From NCBI GenBank assembly GCA_043810925.1, contig JBDRNT010000092.1, positions 1 through 14,174 of the forward strand: a stretch of DNA of 14,174 bases, read 5' to 3'. The stretch's first letter is position 1; every line of letters begins with the position of its first letter. The notes below the pieces were generated by a model. It worked only from the letters and a program-made list of their open reading frames with translations, did not search any database and was not told the DNA's origin. This stretch comes from Candidatus Eiseniibacteriota bacterium (GTDB taxonomy: Bacteria > Arandabacterota > Arandabacteria > Arandabacterales > Arandabacteraceae). Shown here piece by piece: positions 6,741 through 14,174 of the stretch. Both the position numbers and the translations under genes were made by a program.

Positions 6741-9044
6741 ATGATTATGAACGCGGGCAGGGCAGCGCTGGTGAGTGCGCTTGTTGTCGCAGTTACACTG
6801 GTGGCGTGCGCTCCCAAACACAGGCCGCCGGTAAGCCTCCTCTATGAAGGGCGCGAGGAAGCTCTGAAGGGGCTGGACGCTACTGCACTGCCCGGCAGAA
6901 CGATCGTAATCGATCCCGGACACGGTGGTGTCTTCAGAGGTGCCCGCGGTGTCGGCGGTCTCGATGAAGCCGATGTAAATCTCGGTGTCGCACTCTTTCT
7001 CTGGGGACTGCTTGAGGAAGCGGGGGCGGAAGTCTCACTCACCCGTACGACCGACCGGGACTTTGTCGATGGCGACTCACTGCGGCTTAAAGAGGATCTT
7101 CAGGCGAGGGTGGACATCGTAGAGAACATCAAACCCGAACTCTTCATATCTCTTCATCACAACGCCGGGGTCTCACTCGATACAACCTTCAACGAGATTC
7201 AGGTCTATTACAAGATGACCGACAAGGGTCCGTCCCTCGATCTCGCCAACATAGTCGGGAGACACCTTCTTAAAAACATCGGCGAGCCTAAGACCCGGGT
7301 CATTCCCGGTAACTACTACGTGCTTAGAAACACAACAGTGCCTTCGATACTCTGTGAGCCATCCTACATAACCAACACCAGGGTCGAATCCAAACTCAAA
7401 CTCTCAAACAAGCAGCGACTCGAAGCGGAGATCTACTTTCTCGCTTTGGTCGATTACTTCTCACGCGGAGTTTTCGACATCGTCAAGTTCGGCCCGGTCG
7501 GCGCGGTCAGAACAGGCACACCGGTAATCAGGGTTGACTTCGACGATCTGACAATGATTGACGCCCAGACGGTAGAAATCGATCTCGACGGGACGAGGTT
7601 GACGCCCTTTAAGATAGACCGCAGCGCCTTTGCCGCCTTTCCGACCTCACCCCTCAGGGGTGGGAGGCACACCGTGAGCGCGAGTGCAAGGGCGATAACC
7701 GGAAATTCCAGCCCTGTGCGCACGTGGGACTTCACGGTGGATCTCGAGCCCGACATTCTGAGAGTCGCTGCGCACCCGGCCGCCGCACAAGCGCCGTACC
7801 CGCAGAAGATCGTGGCGTCCGTTTTTGATGGAAACGGAAATCCCGTGGCCGACTCCACCGCAGTGGTATTTTCCTGGAAGGACGAAACGTCCCGGCGGCC
7901 CACCGTTCGCGGCAGTGCGTCGACACATGCGGGACGGGAGATTCCCTTCGGTGTGGGTACGGTAACCGTGAGTTGCGGGAAGCTCACGAAGCAACTGTCA
8001 CTCGCTACGCCCCCTCCGGAAACGGCGGGCGACAAGCGCACGCACTACGTATCAGGATTCGTACGCGACGGGGACGGCCACCCGCTTAAGGCCGCTACGG
8101 TGACCGCAATACCACCGGCAGACCCGGCATTCACGGACCGCGACGGCTACTTCCTCCTTGAGGCCGGTACCGTGCCGGGATCGCTCCACATCTCAAAGCC
8201 CGGCTACAAGGACATGACTCTCGATCTGACAGGTGAGACCTTTCCGGTCGCTCAACTTGACAAGTTCTATCACTCGATTGACCCGGGTACGGTCGTAACG
8301 CTGGACGCGGCCGGCGGTGGTGAGGAAACGGGATGGGTCGGGCCCGCGGGCACCAAAGCGTCTGAACTCAATCTTGCATTGGCCAGGAGGATTTCGGGTT
8401 ACCTCTCCTCCGCCGGCATAGAAGCCCGCCTCACCAGGCGGACCGACACACGAACCGGCAAAGAAGACAGGGTCGCCAGGTGCGAGGCCTGGAATTCCAC
8501 CGTGGTCCTGTCGGTCTCTCACACCGGTGGCGCGCGAAGGAAAGTCGGTATCGAGCATTACCCCGGAAGCAGCGGCGGCACGAGGCTCTCCGAATACCTT
8601 GGCGAGGAGATCGCGGCGGTCACCGGATATGACACGGCAGTCGGGGAGACGGCCGAGTACCTTGTCCGGCAGACCAGCTGCCCCGCCGTTAAGGTCACTT
8701 TTGTGACACCCCCCACACTGGATGATGAGGCCTCCCTCTCCGAACCGGTTGACCTGTGGAGGCGGGCCTATGCAGCATTCTCGGCGATCGCAAGATACCT
8801 CGGTGTCGAAGAGCACAACACCTTCTCTGTCTCCGGGAAGATAACGAGGGCCGGGAAGGCGGTCACCGGCGGTCTCGTTCTTGTGGACGGGTGCTTCGAG
8901 ACCATCGTCGATAAGACCGGAGGCTTCAACCTCAATCTGCTCGAACATGGACTTCACACTGCAGTGGCTTACTCAGGTGGGGTCCAATCCGATCGCGTGG
9001 AGTTCGATGAGAGCACCGGGCCGCTCCTGATAGAGCTACATTGA
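6741..9044 (+). CDS. Lipoprotein N-acetylmuramoyl-L-alanine amidase (Amidase_3) with beta-sandwich domains and a second degenerate amidase domain
   Basis: Signal peptide ending in lipobox LVA-C23. Domain 1 has IVIDPGHGG, DEADVNL, LTRTTD, FISLHHNA, YVLRNTTVPSILCE. The middle is beta-rich (Ig-like and carboxypeptidase-regulatory-like, e.g. SGFVRDGDGHPLKAATV...TDRDGYF). A second amidase-like fold starts near 8283. Strong SD AAAGGAG. Confidence 0.88.
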   Translation: MIMNAGRAALVSALVVAVTLVACAPKHRPPVSLLYEGREEALKGLDATALPGRTIVIDPGHGGVFRGARGVGGLDEADVNLGVALFLWGLLEEAGAEVSLTRTTDRDFVDGDSLRLKEDLQARVDIVENIKPELFISLHHNAGVSLDTTFNEIQVYYKMTDKGPSLDLANIVGRHLLKNIGEPKTRVIPGNYYVLRNTTVPSILCEPSYITNTRVESKLKLSNKQRLEAEIYFLALVDYFSRGVFDIVKFGPVGAVRTGTPVIRVDFDDLTMIDAQTVEIDLDGTRLTPFKIDRSAFAAFPTSPLRGGRHTVSASARAITGNSSPVRTWDFTVDLEPDILRVAAHPAAAQAPYPQKIVASVFDGNGNPVADSTAVVFSWKDETSRRPTVRGSASTHAGREIPFGVGTVTVSCGKLTKQLSLATPPPETAGDKRTHYVSGFVRDGDGHPLKAATVTAIPPADPAFTDRDGYFLLEAGTVPGSLHISKPGYKDMTLDLTGETFPVAQLDKFYHSIDPGTVVTLDAAGGGEETGWVGPAGTKASELNLALARRISGYLSSAGIEARLTRRTDTRTGKEDRVARCEAWNSTVVLSVSHTGGARRKVGIEHYPGSSGGTRLSEYLGEEIAAVTGYDTAVGETAEYLVRQTSCPAVKVTFVTPPTLDDEASLSEPVDLWRRAYAAFSAIARYLGVEEHNTFSVSGKITRAGKAVTGGLVLVDGCFETIVDKTGGFNLNLLEHGLHTAVAYSGGVQSDRVEFDESTGPLLIELH

Positions 9045-9557
9045 CAGGTTGAGGTATTCCAGCGCGTACTCGTGATACATGTCCGCCGACTCAAGAATCG
9101 CAGCTATCTCCTCACCGGTGAGATCGCGCCTGTAGACGGCGGGTACACCGAGCGACAGGGTACGCGGCTCAACCACGCCGCCCTGCTTTACGACCGACCC
9201 GGCTCCAACGATGGCATCAGGGCCTACGACCGCGCCATCGAGGATCACGCTTCCCATCCCGATGAGGCAGCGGTCCTTGATCGTACAACCGTGAATCACG
9301 CTGCCGTGGCCGACCGTGACGTCATTTCCTATCACCAACGGATGGGTATCGATCGTCACATGCAAAACGGTGTTGTCCTGGATGTTCGTTCTGGTCCCGA
9401 TGCGCATCCAGTGGACATCACCCCGACAGGACACATTCGGCCAGATGCTCGAGTTATCACCGATCTCGACGCGGCCTACGAGTGTTGCGCTGGGAGCGAT
9501 GTACACGCCTTTGCCGAGACGGGGCGTCTCACGCAGGTTTGACTTCCAGTCGACCAA
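9036..9557 (-). CDS. Gamma-carbonic-anhydrase-like / YrdA-family hexapeptide-repeat protein
   Basis: Left-handed beta-helix hexapeptide repeats with family motifs RGD, NIQDNTVLH, VTVGHGSVIHGC (three Zn-ligand His), CLIGMGS, GVPA and a C-terminal helix. TTG start with GGAG upstream. Confidence 0.92.
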   Translation of the reverse strand: MVDWKSNLRETPRLGKGVYIAPSATLVGRVEIGDNSSIWPNVSCRGDVHWMRIGTRTNIQDNTVLHVTIDTHPLVIGNDVTVGHGSVIHGCTIKDRCLIGMGSVILDGAVVGPDAIVGAGSVVKQGGVVEPRTLSLGVPAVYRRDLTGEEIAAILESADMYHEYALEYLNLSM

Positions 9558-9566
9558 TCACGACTC

Positions 9567-10049
9567 CTAAAGCGGGAATTTCCCGAAGTCTTCCGGGCTC
9601 AGCTCGTCAAGATGCTTTCTTAAGGCTTCTGCCTTCTCGTCTTCGGACAGCTCCTCCGAAACCTGGTGGCTTTTGAGCAACTCATCAGAAACGAAGATCG
9701 GGGCCTTGGTTCGAAGAGCAAGCGCAATCGAATCGCTTGGCCTTGCATCAATCCCGACAACCTCTTCACCCTTATCCACAAACAGCTTTGCGTAGAATGT
9801 GTTTTCCTTCAGCTCGGAGATGGTCACCTTCCTGATGGAGCCGTCCAGTCCGTGGACTATCGCCTTCATCAGGTCGTGCGTGAGCGGTCTCTGAAACGTC
9901 TGGCCTGCAAGCACCATCGCGATCGCACGGGCTTCGGAACGTCCTATCCAGATCGGCAAGATCCTCTTGCCGCTCATTTCCTGCAGAATCACGACCGGGG
10001 TATCCGTTCGCTCATCAATCGCGAGTTTCCACACCCTCATCTCGACCAC
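9567..10049 (-). CDS. Bifunctional nuclease family protein (DUF151)
   Basis: Motifs PVVIL...LPIWIG..EA.AI, RPLTHDL, TFYAKL, IDARPSDSIALALR..APIFV. Start reassigned to GTG 10049 behind AGGTAGGTGA; ATG 10040 is also possible. Confidence 0.92.
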   Translation of the reverse strand: MVEMRVWKLAIDERTDTPVVILQEMSGKRILPIWIGRSEARAIAMVLAGQTFQRPLTHDLMKAIVHGLDGSIRKVTISELKENTFYAKLFVDKGEEVVGIDARPSDSIALALRTKAPIFVSDELLKSHQVSEELSEDEKAEALRKHLDELSPEDFGKFPL

Positions 10050-10077
10050 GTCACCTACCTCGCTTCCTCCAAGCACG

Positions 10078-11235
10078 CTAATCGGTTCCGAACTCGGGCT
10101 GCGCGCCTGAGCGCATATTCTCTATCATCCAGCCCGCGTCGTCACTGAGATCGGTCTCCGGAAACTCCTTGAGGAACTCTTTGAAGACCTCCTCAGCGCC
10201 ATCGTAGTCCTGGAGATCCTCCGCCATCGTAAACCCGATCATGAACCTTGCTTCGTACACCCTTTCATCATCCGGGAACTTGTCGGCAAACTGCCTGTAG
10301 TACCCGATCTTCTTCTGCGGGTCCGACTCCTCGCTGGCCATCTTGAAAAGCGTCTCCGGCGTCAGGGCAGCTTCGGGGGATTCCGACAGAAACTTCGCAC
10401 CGTACTTGGATCGGAGGTCTTCCATTATCCGGTCACGAACCGCATTGCGATTCTCGTAGGTCAGCCTGGCCTTGATGTCCTCCGTGACCTCTTCCAGCGG
10501 TTTCAGAGTCTCCGGGGTTATCTCATCGACGAGTATGATGTGATACCCTTTCCCGCTTTCGACCGGCATGCTCACCACACCGACTTCCTGGTTGAAGATG
10601 GCTTCAACCAGCAAAGGCATGTCGCCAAGCCCCTTCAGAGGCTTCCCCCTCACAACTTCCCCGTGCAGAACCCCGTCTCTCTCCTTCGTCAGGGGATCAA
10701 GTGAGTGCTCGCGGGCAAGGTCCCCGAAATCGGCCCCGTCCTCGAGCAGTTTCCGGATTCGAAGAGCCTGCGCTTCTGTTGCCACCTGGATGTGGCGGGC
10801 TCTTGCAGTCGCAGGTACAGTGAATTCCGTCGCATTGTCCTCATAGTATGCAACGACATCGGAGTCCGCAGGTGCGGCCTGGACCTCAATCACCTGCTCG
10901 TAGAACAGTCTTACCAGTATATCGCGCTTTCTAAGAGCAAGCTCTTCCTTCAACTTTTCGCTCTTATCAAATCCTCTTGCAATGGCTTCCCTGACGATCA
11001 TCTCCTCTTCGACAATCGCCTTGAGAAGCCGTTCCTTGCCCTCAGGTGTGGTCAGCTGGTCCCGCATGTACGGTGGCATACCCTCGAGTCTTGCCTCGAG
11101 ATCAGCCTCGGTTATCACACGGTTTCCAACTCTGGCCAGGGCCCCGGTCTGTTCCTCTTGGGCACAGCTCAGGCAGACCGCAACGGCCATAACGGCGATC
11201 AGTGTAATCTGTTTAACGTGGGACAAAAGGCGCAT
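10078..11235 (-). CDS. Parvulin-type peptidyl-prolyl isomerase lipoprotein (PrsA/SurA-like) with C-terminal TPR-like domain
   Basis: Hydrophobic signal ending CLS-C, N-terminal chaperone region (LARVGNRVITEADL), parvulin motifs ARHIQV, FGDLAREHSLD, PVESGKGYHII, and a C-terminal helical repeat (FADKFPDD...EARFMIGF...FLKEFPET). Start is ATG 11235 or TTG 11226 behind GAGGAGG; the ORF-track start 11292 lies inside rplI. Confidence 0.85.
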   Translation of the reverse strand: MRLLSHVKQITLIAVMAVAVCLSCAQEEQTGALARVGNRVITEADLEARLEGMPPYMRDQLTTPEGKERLLKAIVEEEMIVREAIARGFDKSEKLKEELALRKRDILVRLFYEQVIEVQAAPADSDVVAYYEDNATEFTVPATARARHIQVATEAQALRIRKLLEDGADFGDLAREHSLDPLTKERDGVLHGEVVRGKPLKGLGDMPLLVEAIFNQEVGVVSMPVESGKGYHIILVDEITPETLKPLEEVTEDIKARLTYENRNAVRDRIMEDLRSKYGAKFLSESPEAALTPETLFKMASEESDPQKKIGYYRQFADKFPDDERVYEARFMIGFTMAEDLQDYDGAEEVFKEFLKEFPETDLSDDAGWMIENMRSGAQPEFGTD

Positions 11236-11245
11236 CCTCCTCTTA

Positions 11246-11695
11246 TCAACGGGATTTCTTAACCACCCAGACCTTGACCTTCGCCTCGACATCTGAGTGG
11301 AGCCTGATCAGTATCGTGTAAACCCCCAGCGCTTTCAGGGGCTCGTCAAGAACAACTTTCCTCTTGTCTATATCGAATCCCTGGCCCTTCAGGAGCTCGG
11401 CGATATCGGCGCTTGTCACCGCTCCGAAGACCCGGTCATCTTCACCGGCCTGGACTTCGGCCGTACACGAGACCTTGTTCAAATCCCTGGCAAGATCCTC
11501 GGCTTCCCTGTGCATCTTTACTTCTTTCACCGCCCGTCTTCGCTCCTCTTCTTTCATCATTCTGACGCCGCTGGACGTCGACGGGAGAGCTATCTTTCTG
11601 GGCAGGAGGAAGTTTCTTGCATAACCTTTCTTGACTGTTATCTTATCTCCTCGCTTGCCGAGGTCCTTAACGTCCTCCATCAATATGACATCCAT
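11246..11695 (-). CDS. rplI: 50S ribosomal protein L9
   Basis: MDVILMEDVKDLGKRGD..VKKGYARNFLLP, FGAVT..DI, IDKRKV, LGVY..IRLH; follows rpsR. Confidence 0.98.
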   Translation of the reverse strand: MDVILMEDVKDLGKRGDKITVKKGYARNFLLPRKIALPSTSSGVRMMKEEERRRAVKEVKMHREAEDLARDLNKVSCTAEVQAGEDDRVFGAVTSADIAELLKGQGFDIDKRKVVLDEPLKALGVYTILIRLHSDVEAKVKVWVVKKSR

Positions 11696-11711
11696 AGGAG
11701 ACTTCTCCTCC

Positions 11712-11945
11712 CTATTTGAACTGCTCGGCAGTGAACGGGATCGTGGCGATATGTCTGGCTCTCTTTATAGCACGCGTCAGCTGCCGCTGGTGCTTCGCAC
11801 ACGTCCCTGAGATCCTTCTGGGCACGATCTTACCCCTGTCGGTCACGAACCTGCCCAGTTTGCGATCATCCTTGTAATCGATCAAGTCCTCACCGTCCAC
11901 GCAAAACCTGCAGACCTTCCTGCGTCTTCTGTCTTCTCTTGGCAT
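11712..11945 (-). CDS. rpsR: 30S ribosomal protein S18 (Zn-ribbon C+ form)
   Basis: RRKVCRFC...IDYKD...[35 protein letters not shown] upstream. Confidence 0.98.
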   Translation of the reverse strand: MPREDRRRRKVCRFCVDGEDLIDYKDDRKLGRFVTDRGKIVPRRISGTCAKHQRQLTRAIKRARHIATIPFTAEQFK

Positions 11946-11974
11946 TTTGTAGCTACCTCCAGACCTACGTATTG

Positions 11975-12409
11975 TCAGAAGGGCACTTCGTCCTCAGTGT
12001 CGATACCAACACTGTCGCCGGTACCGGACTCGACGAATTCCTCTTCAGTAACCTCAGGCTTCGCTATACGGTCGAGGAACTGGACCCTTTCACCCCTCAC
12101 TTCGAGCACGCTTCTCTTCTGGCCGTCATCCGTCTCCCAGCTGCGGCTATTCAGTCTGCCTTCGACGAAAACGGCACTGCCCGTCTTCAGATACTCATTG
12201 ACCAAAACCGCCAGTTTGCTCCATACAACCACATTGACGAAAGCAACCAGTTGCTTCCATTCGCCGTCCTGCCCCTTGTAACTCCTGCTTGAGGCCACAG
12301 CGAAAGATGTGACTGCCGTCCCACTCGGGGTGTATCTCAGTTCGGGATCTCTGGTCAGTCTCCCGCTAAGCATCACCTTGTTCACCGAAGCTAATTTGAC
12401 ATCAGCCAT
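11975..12409 (-). CDS. ssb: Single-stranded DNA-binding protein
   Basis: [29 protein letters not shown], acidic C-terminal tip EDEVPF; rpsF-ssb-rpsR order. Confidence 0.98.
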   Translation of the reverse strand: MADVKLASVNKVMLSGRLTRDPELRYTPSGTAVTSFAVASSRSYKGQDGEWKQLVAFVNVVVWSKLAVLVNEYLKTGSAVFVEGRLNSRSWETDDGQKRSVLEVRGERVQFLDRIAKPEVTEEEFVESGTGDSVGIDTEDEVPF

Positions 12410-12447
12410 CTCAACCCCCCTGTCCGTAGACGAGCATACGTACCCGC

Positions 12448-12774
12448 CTAGTTCTCGACTTTCCCCTCTTCCCCACCTTCGGTTTTCTTGCCCACCCAGT
12501 TCACGATCACGTGCCTCAGCACATTCTCATTCAACTTGTAAGACCTTTCGATCTCACCGATAGAGGACGGCTCAAACATGAACGTTATTAGAGTGTAGTA
12601 GCCTTCCTTGTTGCCTTTGATCTCATAGGTGAGCTTTCTCTTGCCGCCGGGCTCAACACCAATAACCTCGCCTGACAGGCTTGAGATCAGGTTCTGAACC
12701 TTGCCTATTTCGTCTTTGACCTGGTCCTCATCAAGCTTGGGATCCAGAATAAAGACCGTTTCGTACTTCCGCAT
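12448..12774 (-). CDS. rpsF: 30S ribosomal protein S6
   Basis: MRKYETVFILDP...GKRKLTYEI...EGYY...NENVLRH. ATG 12774 lies behind a purine-rich SD; an in-frame GTG at 12789 overlaps the ychF stop. Confidence 0.97.
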   Translation of the reverse strand: MRKYETVFILDPKLDEDQVKDEIGKVQNLISSLSGEVIGVEPGGKRKLTYEIKGNKEGYYTLITFMFEPSSIGEIERSYKLNENVLRHVIVNWVGKKTEGGEEGKVEN

Positions 12775-12785
12775 CCTTTCCCCCT

Positions 12786-13880
12786 TCACTTACCGAATCT
12801 TACCAGCACGATATCACCGTCTTCGACTATATAATGCTTCCCTTCCGTTCGGACAAGTCCCTCGTCCCTGGCTGGACTCATCCCCCCGCATGCGGTGAAA
12901 TCCGCGAAGGAGATTACCTCCGCACGGATAAACTTGTCCCGCATGTCGCTGTGTATTTTACCCGCCGCCTCCCTTACCCCCGTCCCGCGTTTCACCGTCC
13001 ACCCTCTCGTCTCCGCCCCCTTAATCATAAAGAATGTTACCACTTCAAGAAGATCATAGCAAGCTCTTACGAATCTATCCAGAGCACCCTGATCGAAGTG
13101 GAGTTCCTTAAGGAGTATTGTGCCTTCTTCGGGCTCAAGCTCCCCTATCTCCGCTTCAATCTTCGCGGAAACCGCTATACACGCGGTATTCCGGGCCTCA
13201 GCCGCCTTCTCGACAATGCCCAGACACTTAACAGTCACCTCAGCCGAGGGCTCCTCTCCGATGTTCGCGACAAGCAGCACCGGTTTTGAAGAAAGAAGAC
13301 TGATCTCCCTGAGGACAGCTGCAAGTTCGGGATCAATATCATCATCAGGCTCGAACCGCCTGCCCTGATCCAGAAGCCCCCTGACACCGGACAGGAAATC
13401 CAGCTCCTTCTGTGCATGCTGATCCCCGGTCCTCGCCGTCTTCTTAAGCTTTTCCATCCTCCGGTCCAGAATCTGCACGTCGGACAGGAAGAGCTCGGTC
13501 TCCACGATCTCAAGGTCTCTCAGAGGGTCGATCTCTCCCTCAACGTGAACAACACTGGTGTCTTCGAAGCATCTCAGGACATGCGCTATCGCGTCGACGT
13601 TTCTGACATGAGACAGAAACATGTTGCCGAGGCCTTCACCCGTGCTCGCTCCCCGGGGCAAACCGGCGATGTCCACGAACCTGAGCATCGGATGAGTGAC
13701 CTTCTCCGGCTTAACGATCCCGCCAATCTCGGGAAGGCGACTGTCCTTCACCTCGACGACCGCGACATTCGGCTCTATCGTGCAATACGGATAGTTGCTC
13801 GCGGCAGCACTTGCATTCGAGAGTGCATTGAGCAAAGTGGATTTTCCCACGTTCGGGAGGCCTACGATCCCGACTTCCAC
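12786..13880 (-). CDS. ychF: Redox-regulated ATPase YchF (Obg family)
   Basis: GIVGLPNVGKST, NYPYCTIEPN, FVDIAGL..GAS.GEGLGN.FL, VVHVEG, ANIGE, TGS domain AAGKIHSD..FIRAE..EGK.YIVEDGD; follows pth. Confidence 0.97.
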   Translation of the reverse strand: MEVGIVGLPNVGKSTLLNALSNASAAASNYPYCTIEPNVAVVEVKDSRLPEIGGIVKPEKVTHPMLRFVDIAGLPRGASTGEGLGNMFLSHVRNVDAIAHVLRCFEDTSVVHVEGEIDPLRDLEIVETELFLSDVQILDRRMEKLKKTARTGDQHAQKELDFLSGVRGLLDQGRRFEPDDDIDPELAAVLREISLLSSKPVLLVANIGEEPSAEVTVKCLGIVEKAAEARNTACIAVSAKIEAEIGELEPEEGTILLKELHFDQGALDRFVRACYDLLEVVTFFMIKGAETRGWTVKRGTGVREAAGKIHSDMRDKFIRAEVISFADFTACGGMSPARDEGLVRTEGKHYIVEDGDIVLVRFGK

Positions 13881-14173
13881 TACTCATCCATCCTCTTGTT
13901 GTAAGTGTTCATCGCCTTGTCGATCCCGTCCCGCCTGACGGCGAGCACCGCCTGACCGGCCGTCTCCTTGACCCGCAGCACAAGGTCCTCTTCATCAGGC
14001 TCAAACCGCGACAGCACGAAGTCGGCGGCATCAACCCCGGGAGGCAGCGGCCCGACACCGAGCCTGAGCCTCGGGAAGTCCAGCGTGGCCAGCTGATAGA
14101 TGATCGATGCAAGTCCATTGTGACCGCCACCGCTGCCGCTCTTCCTTATCCTGATTGCCCCAAGTGGGAGGCT
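13880..14173 (-). CDS. pth: Peptidyl-tRNA hydrolase, 5'-truncated by window edge
   Basis: My manual translation: SLPLGAIRIRKSGSGGGHNGLASII...FPRLRLGVG...AADFVLSRF...KAMNTYNKRMDE*. Has the GGHNG and RLRLG motifs. TAG overlaps the ychF GTG by 1 nt (TAGTG). Confidence 0.96.
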   Translation of the reverse strand, partial: SLPLGAIRIRKSGSGGGHNGLASIIYQLATLDFPRLRLGVGPLPPGVDAADFVLSRFEPDEEDLVLRVKETAGQAVLAVRRDGIDKAMNTYNKRMDE

Positions 14174-14174
14174 G

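Noticed and set aside
9772..9780. Perfect DnaA box TTATCCACA
   Set aside because: A single copy inside the DUF151 coding sequence (Phe-Val-Asp-Lys codons), consistent with chance.
9042..12788. UGA stops of the amidase, rplI, ssb and ychF as possible selenocysteine codons, given selA
   Set aside because: Each falls at a natural C-terminus (rplI UGA is followed directly by UAA, ssb ends in the canonical PF tip), none is at a Cys-equivalent catalytic position, and I see no SECIS-like hairpin.
12786..13880. Non-consensus residues in YchF (AGLPRG, FFMIKG, HSDMRDK)
   Set aside because: All nucleotide-binding motifs, the catalytic His region and the TGS domain are retained, so this is best explained as lineage divergence.
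13909..14130. 73-aa minus-strand ORF from the track
   Set aside because: It is an alternative frame overlapping the real pth frame, which carries the GGHNG and RLRLG motifs.

Overview
Gene-dense, GC-rich bacterial housekeeping region. I found no mobile elements, CRISPR arrays or RNA genes. There are three transcription blocks. (1) A minus-strand run selA - smc - ftsY - adenosine/adenine-deaminase-family gene, the last cut by the left edge and absent from the ORF track, preceded by a clear sigma70-type promoter. (2) A divergent plus-strand gene for a 767-aa lipoprotein N-acetylmuramoyl-L-alanine amidase (Amidase_3) with one intact catalytic domain and a second, colinear copy lacking all four catalytic/Zn residues. 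(3) A minus-strand run pth (cut by the right edge, absent from the ORF track) - ychF - rpsF - ssb - rpsR - rplI - parvulin PPIase/TPR lipoprotein - DUF151 nuclease-family protein - gamma-carbonic-anhydrase-like protein, converging on the amidase with a 9-nt overlap. I see no convincing new multi-gene system. The best leads are the active plus pseudo-amidase architecture, selA heading a chromosome-segregation/SRP operon without selB/selD/selC, a QxxLF-bearing break in the Smc arm, and structured regulatory sequence in the single AT-rich spacer.
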